DNA from: a virus
IMG/VR virus record: IMGVR_UViG_3300020420_000008
Coordinates: 1-64,000 of that record
Length of the DNA: 64,000 nucleotides
Reading direction: 5' to 3' (one strand)
The notes under the pieces are model-generated. The model searched no databases. It had not been told where the DNA came from and saw only the letters and a program-made list of their open reading frames with translations. The translations under genes were made by a program, and so were the position numbers. Below are positions 1-9,170 of this stretch, piece after piece (positions within the stretch are counted from its first letter, which is position 1; the number at the start of each line of letters is the position of its first letter).

Positions 1-189
1 GCTCCTACATTTGATACTATTGCAGATGGTTCTTACAAAGTATCACGTCCTTTATTCTTCTATGCAAAGAAAGAACATCTTGGTATTATTCCAGGACTTC
101 AAGAGTTTGTTGATTTCTATAACTCAGATGCAATCATAGGACAAGATGGTGTTGCCTCATCTAGAGGACTTATACCTCTTGCAAAGTAG
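1..189 (+). CDS. pstS: Phosphate-binding protein PstS, C-terminal fragment (truncated by window edge)
   Basis: Frame 1 reads APTFDTIADGSYKVSRPLFFYAKKEHLGIIPGLQEFV...GLIPLAK*, matching the C-terminus of alphaproteobacterial-type PstS. Confidence 0.8.
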   Translation, partial: APTFDTIADGSYKVSRPLFFYAKKEHLGIIPGLQEFVDFYNSDAIIGQDGVASSRGLIPLAK

Positions 190-192
190 AAC

Positions 193-221
193 TTGACTCA
201 TCTCATAGCATCTGTTATTAT
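193..221 (+). promoter_or_regulatory. Sigma70-type promoter of gene 43
   Basis: TTGACT-N17-TATTAT; ATG follows 6 nt after the -10 box. Confidence 0.7.
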
Positions 222-234
222 GATGCTATGAGAT
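200..234. repeat. Perfect 13-bp inverted repeat around the -10 box and gene 43 start codon
   Basis: ATCTCATAGCATC (200-212) / GATGCTATGAGAT (222-234), 9-nt loop. Confidence 0.85.
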
Positions 235-1670
235 TCTATACAAACGCTTTTGTTCGTGGCAACTACGTGTATGTCAGAGGCTACGACTATGGTAAAAGAT
301 TTAATGAAAAAGTTTTTTACAAACCTACTCTCTATGAACCTACAAGAGAACAATCTAGATATAAAACAATCACAGGACAACCTGTAAAGCCTAAGAAGTT
401 TAACAGTATCAAAGCTTGTAAAGAATATACTGAAAAGTTCAAAGATGTTACGGGCTTTAGTTTCTATGGCTCTACAATGTTTGCCTATACATACTTGAAT
501 GAAAAGTATGGTAATGACTACGACTTTGATAAGATACGTGTAGCTAATATAGATATCGAAGTTGGCTCTGAAGAAGGTTTTCCTGAACCTGAACATGCAG
601 ATCAACCTATCACTGCTATCACTATAAAAATGAAAGACAAGTTCTATGTCATAGGCAATGGTGAGTTTAGAAATGATAGAGATGATGTATATTACATAGA
701 TTGTAAGAGTGAACAAAATCTTGTAGATGTATTTCTGAAAACATGGCGAAAGCTTGATCCTGATATTGTCACAGGTTGGAATGTAAAAGGCTTTGATGTG
801 CCTTATCTTGTCAATCGTATACGAAGAATGTTTGGTGATTATAAAGTAGAACTTCTATCACCATGGGGAATAGTAAAAGAGAAGTCATCTAATGTGTGGA
901 ACTCTTTTGGCAAAGCATCACTTAAAACATACAAGCTAGAAGGCATAGAAGTTTTAGACTATATCGATTTGTATAAGAAAGATAATCGTCAAGTACAAGA
1001 GTCATACAGACTAGATCATATATCTAATGTTGAACTTGGTGAAAAGAAACTTGACTACTCAGAGTTTGCTAACTTACACCAGCTATACAAAAATGACTAT
1101 CAGAAGTTTATAGAATATAATATTAAAGATGTTGAACTTGTAGAAAGAATAGAAGACAAACTAAAACTGATAGAGTTGGCAATGGCTATCGCATATGATG
1201 CTAAAGTAAACTATGAAGACAATCATTCACAAGTTAGAATGTGGGACGTTTTGATACACAACTATCTACTTGATAAAAACATTGTGATACCTCAGAAGAA
1301 AGCTAAACATAAAAGCGAAGCGTATGAAGGTGCTTACGTAAAAGATCCACAAGTTGGCTTACATAAATGGATTATGTCTTTCGATTTGAACTCATTGTAT
1401 CCTCATCTCATAATGCAGTATAATGTTTCGCCTGATACAATTATAGAAGGTGACTTGCAAAACGTGAGCATTGATGATATTATAGAGAAGAATGTATCTA
1501 CATCTAAAGACAAAGTGTTGGCGGCAAACGGACAATACTTTCGAAAAGACAAGAAAGGTTTTCTAAATGATATGATGCAATCTATGTATGAAGATAGAGT
1601 CATCTATAAGAAGAAAATGATTGAGGCACAGAAAGAACTAGAGAAAGTTAAGAAGTTACTGAATGAATAG
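228..1670 (+). CDS. 43A: DNA polymerase gp43, N-terminal subunit (exonuclease, motif A, first fingers helix)
   Basis: DIEV ExoI, GWNVKGFD ExoII, YNIKDV ExoIII, SFDLNSLYPH motif A. Confidence 0.95.
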   Translation: MRFYTNAFVRGNYVYVRGYDYGKRFNEKVFYKPTLYEPTREQSRYKTITGQPVKPKKFNSIKACKEYTEKFKDVTGFSFYGSTMFAYTYLNEKYGNDYDFDKIRVANIDIEVGSEEGFPEPEHADQPITAITIKMKDKFYVIGNGEFRNDRDDVYYIDCKSEQNLVDVFLKTWRKLDPDIVTGWNVKGFDVPYLVNRIRRMFGDYKVELLSPWGIVKEKSSNVWNSFGKASLKTYKLEGIEVLDYIDLYKKDNRQVQESYRLDHISNVELGEKKLDYSEFANLHQLYKNDYQKFIEYNIKDVELVERIEDKLKLIELAMAIAYDAKVNYEDNHSQVRMWDVLIHNYLLDKNIVIPQKKAKHKSEAYEGAYVKDPQVGLHKWIMSFDLNSLYPHLIMQYNVSPDTIIEGDLQNVSIDDIIEKNVSTSKDKVLAANGQYFRKDKKGFLNDMMQSMYEDRVIYKKKMIEAQKELEKVKKLLNE

Positions 1671-2751
1671 AGCAGAACTAGAAATGAAAAAGCAACAGCT
1701 AGAGAAAGATGTTGCTAAGTATTACAACATGCAGATGGCAAAAAAGATACAGTTGAACTCTGCTTATGGTGCGATTGGTAATCAATACTTTAGATTTTAT
1801 GATATACGACAAGCACTAGCTATTACTAAATCTGGACAATTATCTATCAAATGGATAGAAGCACGTATCAACGAATATCTAAACAAATTATTGAGTACAG
1901 AGGATATTGATTATGTTGTTGCATCAGATACAGATTCACTATACATAACTTTTGACAAGCTAATAGAAAAGTTTAAACCTAAGAATCCTATAGACTTTCT
2001 AGATAAAGTTGCAACAGATAGAATAGAACCATTCATCGACAAAGCTTATCAAGAACTTGCAGATATTATGAATGCTTTTGATCAGAAGATGTTCATGAAG
2101 AGAGAAACGATATGTGATAAAGGCATATGGACTGCCAAGAAAAGATATATGCTTAACGTATATGATAATGAGGGTGTTAGATATCAGAAACCTAAACTCA
2201 AGATGATGGGAATAGAAGCTATCAAGTCTAGTACTCCACAAGTTTGTCGTGATGCTATTAAGAAAGCTATTGATATCATCATGGCAAAAGATGAAAAGAC
2301 TTTACAATCTTATATTGTAGAGTTCAAAGAAAAGTTTTGTTCTCTACCCTTTGAAGAGGTGGCTTTCCCTAGAGGCGTATCTGAATTAAATAAATACGAT
2401 AGTACTGTTGGTACAGTGTTCAAAAACTTTGAGATTATGAAAGGAACACCTTTACATATTCGAGGTGCTTTGATATACAACAATGGTATAAAAGAGAGGA
2501 AACTTACAAAGAAATATCAAACTATAAAATCTGGTGAAAAGATAAAGTATTGTTATATGAAAGAACCAAACCCATTTAGACAGAATGTGTTATCTATAAT
2601 CAATGTTTTACCTCAAGAGTTTGGTATGAGTGAGTATATAGATTATGAAACACAGTTTAACAAATCGTTTCTAGAGCCTTTGAAACTTATATTAGATAAG
2701 ATTGATTGGGCAACAGAGAAGAGAGCAACATTGGAGGACTTTTTCTCATGA
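1663..2751 (+). CDS. 43B: DNA polymerase gp43, C-terminal subunit (fingers, palm, thumb)
   Basis: KIQLNSAYG motif B, SDTDS motif C, KKRY, C-terminal clamp-binding TLEDFF. Confidence 0.95.
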   Translation: MNRAELEMKKQQLEKDVAKYYNMQMAKKIQLNSAYGAIGNQYFRFYDIRQALAITKSGQLSIKWIEARINEYLNKLLSTEDIDYVVASDTDSLYITFDKLIEKFKPKNPIDFLDKVATDRIEPFIDKAYQELADIMNAFDQKMFMKRETICDKGIWTAKKRYMLNVYDNEGVRYQKPKLKMMGIEAIKSSTPQVCRDAIKKAIDIIMAKDEKTLQSYIVEFKEKFCSLPFEEVAFPRGVSELNKYDSTVGTVFKNFEIMKGTPLHIRGALIYNNGIKERKLTKKYQTIKSGEKIKYCYMKEPNPFRQNVLSIINVLPQEFGMSEYIDYETQFNKSFLEPLKLILDKIDWATEKRATLEDFFS

Positions 2752-3017
2752 GTGGATTAGATTTTGACTTTGGCTTTACTGCCGTTACAGAAGATGAACT
2801 AGATGCAGTAATAGAAGCAAAAGAAACAGCGGTAATGAAAACAGCTGGACTTGACAGGACGCAAGAAAAATGCGATACTCTATACAATATGATTAAACCT
2901 TTGCTGAACAATCTGGCTAAAAATCCAGAGAAAGATTATATCTATTGGGAAGGCAAAGTAAGATTAAAAAAGATTGAAGAATTTTCTGATAAACTAGATG
3001 AGGTATATAATAGATGA
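2748..3017 (+). CDS. Hypothetical phage protein
   Basis: ATG overlaps 43B stop, GGAGG upstream; MSGLDFDFGFTAVTEDEL. Confidence 0.65.
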   Translation: MSGLDFDFGFTAVTEDELDAVIEAKETAVMKTAGLDRTQEKCDTLYNMIKPLLNNLAKNPEKDYIYWEGKVRLKKIEEFSDKLDEVYNR

Positions 3018-4066
3018 ATAGCTTTTTAAGTAATGTAATAAAGGGTATCGACAACACTAATATATTAGCTGATGGTGGTAACTCTTCTGAATTTACTGGT
3101 ACAATAGACACCGGTTCTTATATTATGAATGCAGTACTTAGTGGTAGTTTATATGGTGGCGTTCCCAACAATAAAATAACCGCATTTGCAGGGGAATCAG
3201 CAACCGGAAAAACCTTCTTCGTTCTAGGCGTTATCAAGCAGTTCTTAGAAGACAATCAAACAGGTGGTGTTATATACTTTGATACAGAAGCCGCCGTAAC
3301 GAAAGATATGATGTCAACAAGAGGTATTGATGTATCAAGAGTATCTATTGCAGAACCAGAGTCAATCGAAGACTTTCGTACAAGTGCAGTAAAGATGCTA
3401 ACAAACTATATGGAACACAAAGATGCTCCGCCAATGATGATGGTGCTTGACTCATTAGGACAACTATCATCAGCAAAAGAATTAGAAGATGTCGAGTCTG
3501 GTAAACCAGCAAGAGACATGACAAAAGCACAATTGCTACGTGGTACATTTAGAGTATTATCGCTCAAGCTTGCAAAAGCAAAAGTGCCACTTCTCGTTAC
3601 CAATCATGTGTACGATGTGGTTGGTGCATACATACCAATGAAAGAAATGTCTGGTGGTGCTGGACTCAAGTATGCATCATCATCTATTGCTATGCTTTCT
3701 AAAAAGAAAGATAAAGATGGTACAGATGTAGTTGGTAATATAGTAAAAGTACAAATGGCTAAATCTAGATTTACTCAAGAGAATAAGAAAGTTGAAGTAA
3801 AACTATCTTATGCTACGGGACTGGATAGATACTATGGATTATTAGATTTAGCTGAAAAGTATGATATCATCAAGAAAGTTTCTACACGTTATGAACTTCC
3901 TGATGGCACAAAAGTTTTTGGTAAAACTATCAATCAAGATCCTGAGAAATATTTTACTGAAGACATAATGATTAAATTAGAAGAAGTAGCGAAGAAGGAG
4001 TTTTTGTATGGTGAATCTACCAATGAACTTTCAGTTGATGAAGGGGCAGAAGACAGCGTACATTGA
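3014..4066 (+). CDS. uvsX: UvsX RecA-like recombinase
   Basis: Walker A GESATGKT, YFDTEAA, VLDSLG; position between 43 and 41. Confidence 0.95.
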   Translation: MNSFLSNVIKGIDNTNILADGGNSSEFTGTIDTGSYIMNAVLSGSLYGGVPNNKITAFAGESATGKTFFVLGVIKQFLEDNQTGGVIYFDTEAAVTKDMMSTRGIDVSRVSIAEPESIEDFRTSAVKMLTNYMEHKDAPPMMMVLDSLGQLSSAKELEDVESGKPARDMTKAQLLRGTFRVLSLKLAKAKVPLLVTNHVYDVVGAYIPMKEMSGGAGLKYASSSIAMLSKKKDKDGTDVVGNIVKVQMAKSRFTQENKKVEVKLSYATGLDRYYGLLDLAEKYDIIKKVSTRYELPDGTKVFGKTINQDPEKYFTEDIMIKLEEVAKKEFLYGESTNELSVDEGAEDSVH

Positions 4067-4205
4067 GGGCGATAAAATATACTGGCAACACTGGTGTAGT
4101 TGGGAAGATGATGTAGTAAATTTAGAATATCCGACTCGTTGTGGTTGTGGTGATTTAATTGATGAAGACGATGTTGAAATAATAAGGAAAATGCATAATG
4201 GCTAG
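4008..4205 (+). CDS. Small hypothetical protein (start uncertain)
   Basis: Fills the uvsX-next gene gap; Cys-containing (HWC, RCGCG). Confidence 0.4.
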   Translation: MVNLPMNFQLMKGQKTAYIEGDKIYWQHWCSWEDDVVNLEYPTRCGCGDLIDEDDVEIIRKMHNG

Positions 4206-4350
4206 AAAAGCAAGAGGTTTCTCAGTAACAATTCATGAACCTACTAAAGTGAAAACATCTATAGGTAATGGTATGTTGTCTCTTAGTAAAATGAACAAAC
4301 ATAAGAGAAGAGGATTTAAGAAGTATAGAGGACAAGGTAAAAAGAGATGA
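4198..4350 (+). CDS. Small basic protein, 50 aa (not in ORF track)
   Basis: MARKARG...KTSIGNG...MNKHKRRGFKKYRGQGKKR*, a type I recall from marine T4-like phages; overlaps both neighbours. Confidence 0.7.
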   Translation: MARKARGFSVTIHEPTKVKTSIGNGMLSLSKMNKHKRRGFKKYRGQGKKR

Positions 4351-4703
4351 TAGTAAAGGATCTCTACGAAGGCGGTACTGAACCTAAGTTCAAAACTATA
4401 GATACTCACCCAAAAGCTTTTCATGAAGATCAAGGTTGTGTACATATAATTAGCGGTGAATATACTGATGTCATAATACAGTTTGATGTTATTCAAGCTA
4501 GAGAAGAAAAAGATGATAATGGTGATAACATAGCTAAGTTTAGTTTCAATTTTATAATATGTGAAAATCCTAATAACTTGGACTTGACACAGCAAGTATT
4601 TAAAGATAAACTAGGTAACATATTACAAAACTTATTACAACAACATTTCAAGAGGCAAGATGCAGAACAGGATAGAACTAGTAGTACTGAAACATCTTCT
4701 TAA
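4347..4703 (+). CDS. Hypothetical protein in the position of T4 gp40
   Basis: Size and synteny between uvsX and 41 only. Confidence 0.5.
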   Translation: MIVKDLYEGGTEPKFKTIDTHPKAFHEDQGCVHIISGEYTDVIIQFDVIQAREEKDDNGDNIAKFSFNFIICENPNNLDLTQQVFKDKLGNILQNLLQQHFKRQDAEQDRTSSTETSS

Positions 4704-6078
4704 CGAAGAAGATTATGCAAGGCGAACTTTGCCTTATCTGAAATCAGAATATTTTTCAGAAATGAATGAGAGAGTAATTTATCAAGAGATAGATAAATAT
4801 TTGTCTCAGTATAATTCTTTACCAACAAAAGAAGCACTACTCATTGAATTAGACAATAATACAAAAGTGAGTGATGAAAATTTTACCAAATGTTCATCTA
4901 TAGTTTCTGAACTAGATTCTGACGCTGAAACTGATAAAGAATGGTTGATAGAAAAAACTGAGAAGTTTTGTCAAGAGAAGGCGATCTACAATGCAATTAT
5001 GGAATCAATATCAATTATCGATGGTAAAGATAAGCAAGACAAAGGAACTATACCCGAACTTCTCTCTGACGCTTTGTCTGTTTCTTTTGATCCTTCTATT
5101 GGGCACGACTTTATTGATGATAGTGATAGTCGTTGGGACTTTTATCACCGTGTTGAAGAACGTATTCCTTTCGATTTGGAATACCTTAATAAGATTACTA
5201 AAGGCGGTGTACCGAAAAAGTCTCTCAATATTATCCTTGCTGGTACGGGCGTTGGTAAATCGTTAGCAATGTGTCATATGGCGTCAGCTAATCTTCTCAA
5301 TGGTAGTAACGTACTTTATATCACAATGGAAATGGCTGAAGAAAAAATTGCAGAAAGAATAGATGCAAATTTACTCAATGTGTCATTAGAAGATTTATCT
5401 AACTTACCAAAGCAGATGTATGATAGAAAGCTAGAAAGAGTAAAGGGTAAAACCAGCGGTAAATTGATAGTGAAAGAATATCCTACTGCTTCAGCACATG
5501 TAGGACATTTTAGACATTTACTAAACGAACTTAGACTAAAGCGACAATTTATACCTGATATCATCTATATCGACTATCTGAATATTTGCATGTCGCATAG
5601 AATAAGAACTGGTTCAAATGTAAATTCGTATACACTTGTAAAATCTATAGCAGAAGAATTAAGAGGACTTGCAGTAGAGAAAAATGTACCTGTTATATCT
5701 GCTACTCAAACTACAAGGAGTGGTTATACCAATTCAGACTTAGGTTTGGAAGATACTTCTGAATCATTCGGACTTCCTGCAACGGCAGACTTTATGTTCG
5801 CTCTTATATCAACTGAAGAACTTGAAGATTTAAATCAAGTTATGATAAAGCAACTGAAAAATAGATACAATGATCCTACTTTATATAAAAGATTTGTAGT
5901 TGGTGTTGATAGAGCGAAGATGCGACTTTATGATGTAGAACAATCAGCACAAGATGATGTTCTAGATGGTCCAGTTTTTGACAATACAACATATGCAGAA
6001 CGTGCAGATGAAGAAGATAAAATGAAATGGGCTACAAAGAAAATGGGTAAAAAAGATTTTTCAGGATTCAAAGTATGA
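4660..6078 (+). CDS. 41: Replicative helicase gp41 (DnaB-like)
   Basis: AGTGVGKS Walker A, ITMEM, IDYLNI, SESFGLPATAD, KNRY. Confidence 0.96.
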   Translation: MQNRIELVVLKHLLNEEDYARRTLPYLKSEYFSEMNERVIYQEIDKYLSQYNSLPTKEALLIELDNNTKVSDENFTKCSSIVSELDSDAETDKEWLIEKTEKFCQEKAIYNAIMESISIIDGKDKQDKGTIPELLSDALSVSFDPSIGHDFIDDSDSRWDFYHRVEERIPFDLEYLNKITKGGVPKKSLNIILAGTGVGKSLAMCHMASANLLNGSNVLYITMEMAEEKIAERIDANLLNVSLEDLSNLPKQMYDRKLERVKGKTSGKLIVKEYPTASAHVGHFRHLLNELRLKRQFIPDIIYIDYLNICMSHRIRTGSNVNSYTLVKSIAEELRGLAVEKNVPVISATQTTRSGYTNSDLGLEDTSESFGLPATADFMFALISTEELEDLNQVMIKQLKNRYNDPTLYKRFVVGVDRAKMRLYDVEQSAQDDVLDGPVFDNTTYAERADEEDKMKWATKKMGKKDFSGFKV

Positions 6079-6278
6079 GATGGTTTAAAAAGAAGAATAA
6101 ACAATATATTGGTAAAAGACGTAAAGGTGTATACTATGTCTATGATACCAAGATAAGTGAGATAATCTGGAAATCTGAAGATAAAGAGCAAAACGAATCA
6201 CTTATTGATAGACTCAATAAGGGTTACGGATTCAATGGTAAAATACCTAGCTTTTTCAATAACTTACAAAACGGTTGA
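6075..6278 (+). CDS. Hypothetical protein
   Basis: ATGA overlap with 41 stop. Confidence 0.55.
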   Translation: MRWFKKKNKQYIGKRRKGVYYVYDTKISEIIWKSEDKEQNESLIDRLNKGYGFNGKIPSFFNNLQNG

Positions 6279-6303
6279 CATTACTATCATAACCTGCTAG
6301 GTT
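6275..6303 (+). promoter_or_regulatory. Sigma70-type promoter (leaderless geometry)
   Basis: TTGACA-N17-TAGGTT with TG extension; ATG at 6310. Confidence 0.55.
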
Positions 6304-6309
6304 AATAGT

Positions 6310-6702
6310 ATGTTAGTTACTTATTTCAATTCAAATAAAGCAGAAAGAACCTTGATTGACAAGGCTCTTGTCTTTGCTAAAGAGCAACTTCTACCTAAAG
6401 TTAGAAAACTTGAGATAGATGTTATAATGAAAAACAACATGAAGTCAGATGGTTTCGTTGATGTTGATATAGATGACAATAGATATTTTACACTACGTAT
6501 CAAAAAGAGTCAAGACATAGATGATCTGATTACTACTATTTTTCATGAGTTCACACACATAATGCAATCAGTTAAAGGACAAGATATCTTTGCTCCTACT
6601 GATGTTGACTATCTTGAAAGAGATTATGAGATTGAAGCTTTTGAGATGCAAGAAAAATTACTGGTTGACTTTAAGGCTCAATCTGATATCCTAATAGTGT
6701 AA
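6310..6702 (+). CDS. Zincin-like metallopeptidase
   Basis: HEFTH (HExxH) plus downstream YEIEAF. Confidence 0.7.
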   Translation: MLVTYFNSNKAERTLIDKALVFAKEQLLPKVRKLEIDVIMKNNMKSDGFVDVDIDDNRYFTLRIKKSQDIDDLITTIFHEFTHIMQSVKGQDIFAPTDVDYLERDYEIEAFEMQEKLLVDFKAQSDILIV

Positions 6703-6725
6703 GTGATTCGAAAGAGAGAGAAAAT
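6665..6725 (+). promoter_or_regulatory. Early promoter/leader cassette A1
   Basis: TTGACT-N16-TATCCT, then TAGTGTAAGTGATTCGAAAGAGAGAGAAAAT-ATG. Confidence 0.8.
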
Positions 6726-6959
6726 ATGAAAAACAATCCTAGAACATTAAATACTGACTACGATGCTTGGCTGAAGAGATTTCAGTACGAGACATTGAAA
6801 AATTTATATAAGAGATGGGACGCTGTTATGGCTGGTGCTGAAATAGGCAACCTTGATCTAATCGAAGATAAGATATTCATTCTTTGTGAAAAAATGGGTA
6901 TTACAGTTGAAGATGCGGTTACAAAAATTGATAATGAAATTTATGGAGAGAGTTTATAA
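6726..6959 (+). CDS. Early hypothetical protein
   Basis: Directly after cassette A1. Confidence 0.75.
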   Translation: MKNNPRTLNTDYDAWLKRFQYETLKNLYKRWDAVMAGAEIGNLDLIEDKIFILCEKMGITVEDAVTKIDNEIYGESL

Positions 6960-7333
6960 TGGCTTATATTTCACAAGCAGATAAAAAAGAACTTGCACCT
7001 GCTATAAAAAAAGTTCTAAAAGATTTCGGTATGAAAGGTTCGATTTCTATTCGCCATCACATGTCACTCGTTGTGACAGTTACTGAAGGTATTCTAGATT
7101 TCTCAGAGTACTTTCGAAAAGGTGACGATGGACATATTCAAGTCAACACCTATCACATTGACAGTTGGTATTCTGGAACTATTAAAAAGTTCCTTCAAGA
7201 GTTGCACAAAGCAATGAAAGGAACCAAGTGGTTCGATAAGTCTGATGCTATGACAGATTATTTTCACACTGCTTACTACATCGATATTAATATCGGTAAG
7301 TGGAGCAAGCCTTACGTAAAGGTAGGTGCATAA
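6959..7333 (+). CDS. Early hypothetical protein
   Basis: TAATG coupling; D.SD.MTDYFH.AYY motif. Confidence 0.75.
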   Translation: MAYISQADKKELAPAIKKVLKDFGMKGSISIRHHMSLVVTVTEGILDFSEYFRKGDDGHIQVNTYHIDSWYSGTIKKFLQELHKAMKGTKWFDKSDAMTDYFHTAYYIDINIGKWSKPYVKVGA

Positions 7334-7563
7334 TGAATAAAGCTTTAGCACTATTACGAAACATGTATGACGATGATCACGGATTTAAAATTACTGTTAC
7401 TGAACAAAATGGTAATATCTATTCAAAATATTATAGGTTTGTAGATTACTTAAAAGCTTATAAATTTCTTGAACATGCATCAAATTATTTTGTTCTAAAA
7501 GGCGATCATCGAATTTATCATAAAGACGTAAAACTAGAGATTGTGAATATCTATGTTAGATAG
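7333..7563 (+). CDS. Early hypothetical protein
   Basis: TAATG coupling at 7331-7335. Confidence 0.6.
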   Translation: MNKALALLRNMYDDDHGFKITVTEQNGNIYSKYYRFVDYLKAYKFLEHASNYFVLKGDHRIYHKDVKLEIVNIYVR

Positions 7564-7840
7564 TATGATACGAGCAAAGATAAAAGAGGACATGAATATG
7601 ACAGTTCCCTTATATCTCATGATGTCTTATGCTTACTACAAGCAAGATAATCCTATCGCTGAAGATGGTACTTTTGATTCTATAGCAAAACTACTTTTAG
7701 AAAATTATGATACGATAGAACATCATCACAAAGAATTAATAAGCAAAGATAGTCTGAAAGCTGGTACATATCTAGGAGTATATCCAACGATAGTTAAAGA
7801 TACAGTAGAAATGGTGAGAAAAAAATATTTAAAAGGTTGA
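7553..7840 (+). CDS. Stand-alone domain resembling domain Ia of NAD+-dependent DNA ligase
   Basis: SYAYYKQDNPIAEDGTFD resembles LigA Ia Y.YY..D.P.I.D..YD. Confidence 0.6.
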   Translation: MLDSMIRAKIKEDMNMTVPLYLMMSYAYYKQDNPIAEDGTFDSIAKLLLENYDTIEHHHKELISKDSLKAGTYLGVYPTIVKDTVEMVRKKYLKG

Positions 7841-7903
7841 CATTTCTGACGAGTATGCTAATATAATAGTGTAAGTGATTCGTTAATAATGAAAGAGAGA
7901 GAA
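7837..7903 (+). promoter_or_regulatory. Early promoter/leader cassette B1
   Basis: TTGACA-N16-TAATAT, then TAGTGTAAGTGATTCGTTAATAATGAAAGAGAGAGAA-ATG. Confidence 0.8.
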
Positions 7904-8068
7904 ATGAAAAAAGATTTAAAAGAATTGATAAAAAAGATAAATGATCTTGGTGATGACTTTGACAATATGTCAAGTGGTGGCAAGAAATGCTATAACGAGA
8001 TTCAAAAGAAATTACATACGCTAATACCAAAGATTGCAGAAGCTATCGATTTTTATGAGGATGCCTAA
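7904..8068 (+). CDS. Early hypothetical protein, 54 aa (not in ORF track)
   Basis: MKKDLKELIKKINDLG...FYEDA*, directly after cassette B1. Confidence 0.7.
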   Translation: MKKDLKELIKKINDLGDDFDNMSSGGKKCYNEIQKKLHTLIPKIAEAIDFYEDA

Positions 8069-8070
8069 TT

Positions 8071-8244
8071 ATGTCATGTATACACAATGAAAATTTAAAA
8101 GAAAATATTATGAATGAGATACTAGAGATGAATGTTGGTGACTTTATTGAAACTTTGTATGAAAAAGGTTTCGCAGAGACACTTAAAGTAGACTCAGCAA
8201 TTACAAAACTAGTAGAAGAAAAATTTGAAAACTTAGGAGATTAA
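8071..8244 (+). CDS. Early hypothetical protein, 57 aa (not in ORF track)
   Basis: MSCIHNENLKE...ENLGD*; GAGG upstream. Confidence 0.65.
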   Translation: MSCIHNENLKENIMNEILEMNVGDFIETLYEKGFAETLKVDSAITKLVEEKFENLGD

Positions 8245-8246
8245 GT

Positions 8247-8450
8247 ATGATAGATTATGAAGCATATCGTTTTTTTGAGAACGAAGACGGCATGAAAGAA
8301 CTTGCCAAAGAGATGATAAAGAAAAACACCGACTTAGCAAAGTCTTTGCAGTTTGAACTCAACGCTCAGTTACAAGATAAAGAAATAGCTGAAGGTTCAA
8401 TTGATTGGGACATAAAAGTTCCTGAAGTAGAATATAAATTCGATTGGTAA
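8247..8450 (+). CDS. Early hypothetical protein
   Basis: AGGAG RBS. Confidence 0.7.
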   Translation: MIDYEAYRFFENEDGMKELAKEMIKKNTDLAKSLQFELNAQLQDKEIAEGSIDWDIKVPEVEYKFDW

Positions 8451-8461
8451 AGGAGAATAAT

Positions 8462-8689
8462 ATGTTTATAGCAAAACCATCTCTAAATAATAATATTGGT
8501 GTTAAAGAATTTGAAGACATTCACGATGCTATTAGCTATCTTGAACAAGCAACAGGTTATGAAATGTCTTTTGAATTAGATCGCAAAAAGAAAAAGAAAT
8601 TAATTAAAGAAGGTATGTCTTCTCTTGAGGCAAACGAACTTTCTAAAACCTACGATTGGGAACTAATTGGAAAGTTGATAAGAAAGTGA
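8462..8689 (+). CDS. Early hypothetical protein
   Basis: AAGGAG RBS before ATG 8462. Confidence 0.7.
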   Translation: MFIAKPSLNNNIGVKEFEDIHDAISYLEQATGYEMSFELDRKKKKKLIKEGMSSLEANELSKTYDWELIGKLIRK

Positions 8690-8732
8690 GATGAATATCT
8701 TGTAGTTTTATTAATTATTTTTATTTTAGGGG

Positions 8733-8793
8733 TTGACAAAAAGCGAATCATATGCTATATTAAAAGCATAGTTAATAAGAAAGTGAGAAATAA
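8733..8793 (+). promoter_or_regulatory. Early promoter with CGAATCA in the spacer and GAAAGTGAGA leader
   Basis: TTGACA-N17-TATATT with TG extension and AT-rich upstream tract. Confidence 0.8.
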
Positions 8794-9165
8794 ATGACAT
8801 TAACAGTAAATAACAAAACTCAATACCTTGAAGCAGGTATTGATACTATGTTGAATTTCGCTAGAGGCGATTATGCTAACTGGACTACTAGAGGTGGTAC
8901 AAAAGAGTTAACTGATATTAACGAGAAAATGATTAAAGAGTTCAATACTGGTTTCGTAGTTAAATACGGCTCTAAGTATGCTAAAATTTTAAATCGTAAC
9001 CAATGTTGGGGTTTTGTTGTCCTTACTGATACTGACAAGAAGTTCAAGAAAGGCGATATTCTGATGGCGGCAGGTTACAATGCACCTGCTAGAAACGCCG
9101 CCAGAGGCAACGTCTTAGATGGTGGTTATCAGATACGATGGACAGGTCCTCTTTATCTGAAATAA
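8794..9165 (+). CDS. Conserved early hypothetical protein
   Basis: KY.KI...WGFV...GDILMAAGYNAPARNAARGNV...WTGP.YL, a widespread phage early-protein type. Confidence 0.8.
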   Translation: MTLTVNNKTQYLEAGIDTMLNFARGDYANWTTRGGTKELTDINEKMIKEFNTGFVVKYGSKYAKILNRNQCWGFVVLTDTDKKFKKGDILMAAGYNAPARNAARGNVLDGGYQIRWTGPLYLK

Positions 9166-9170
9166 GAATT

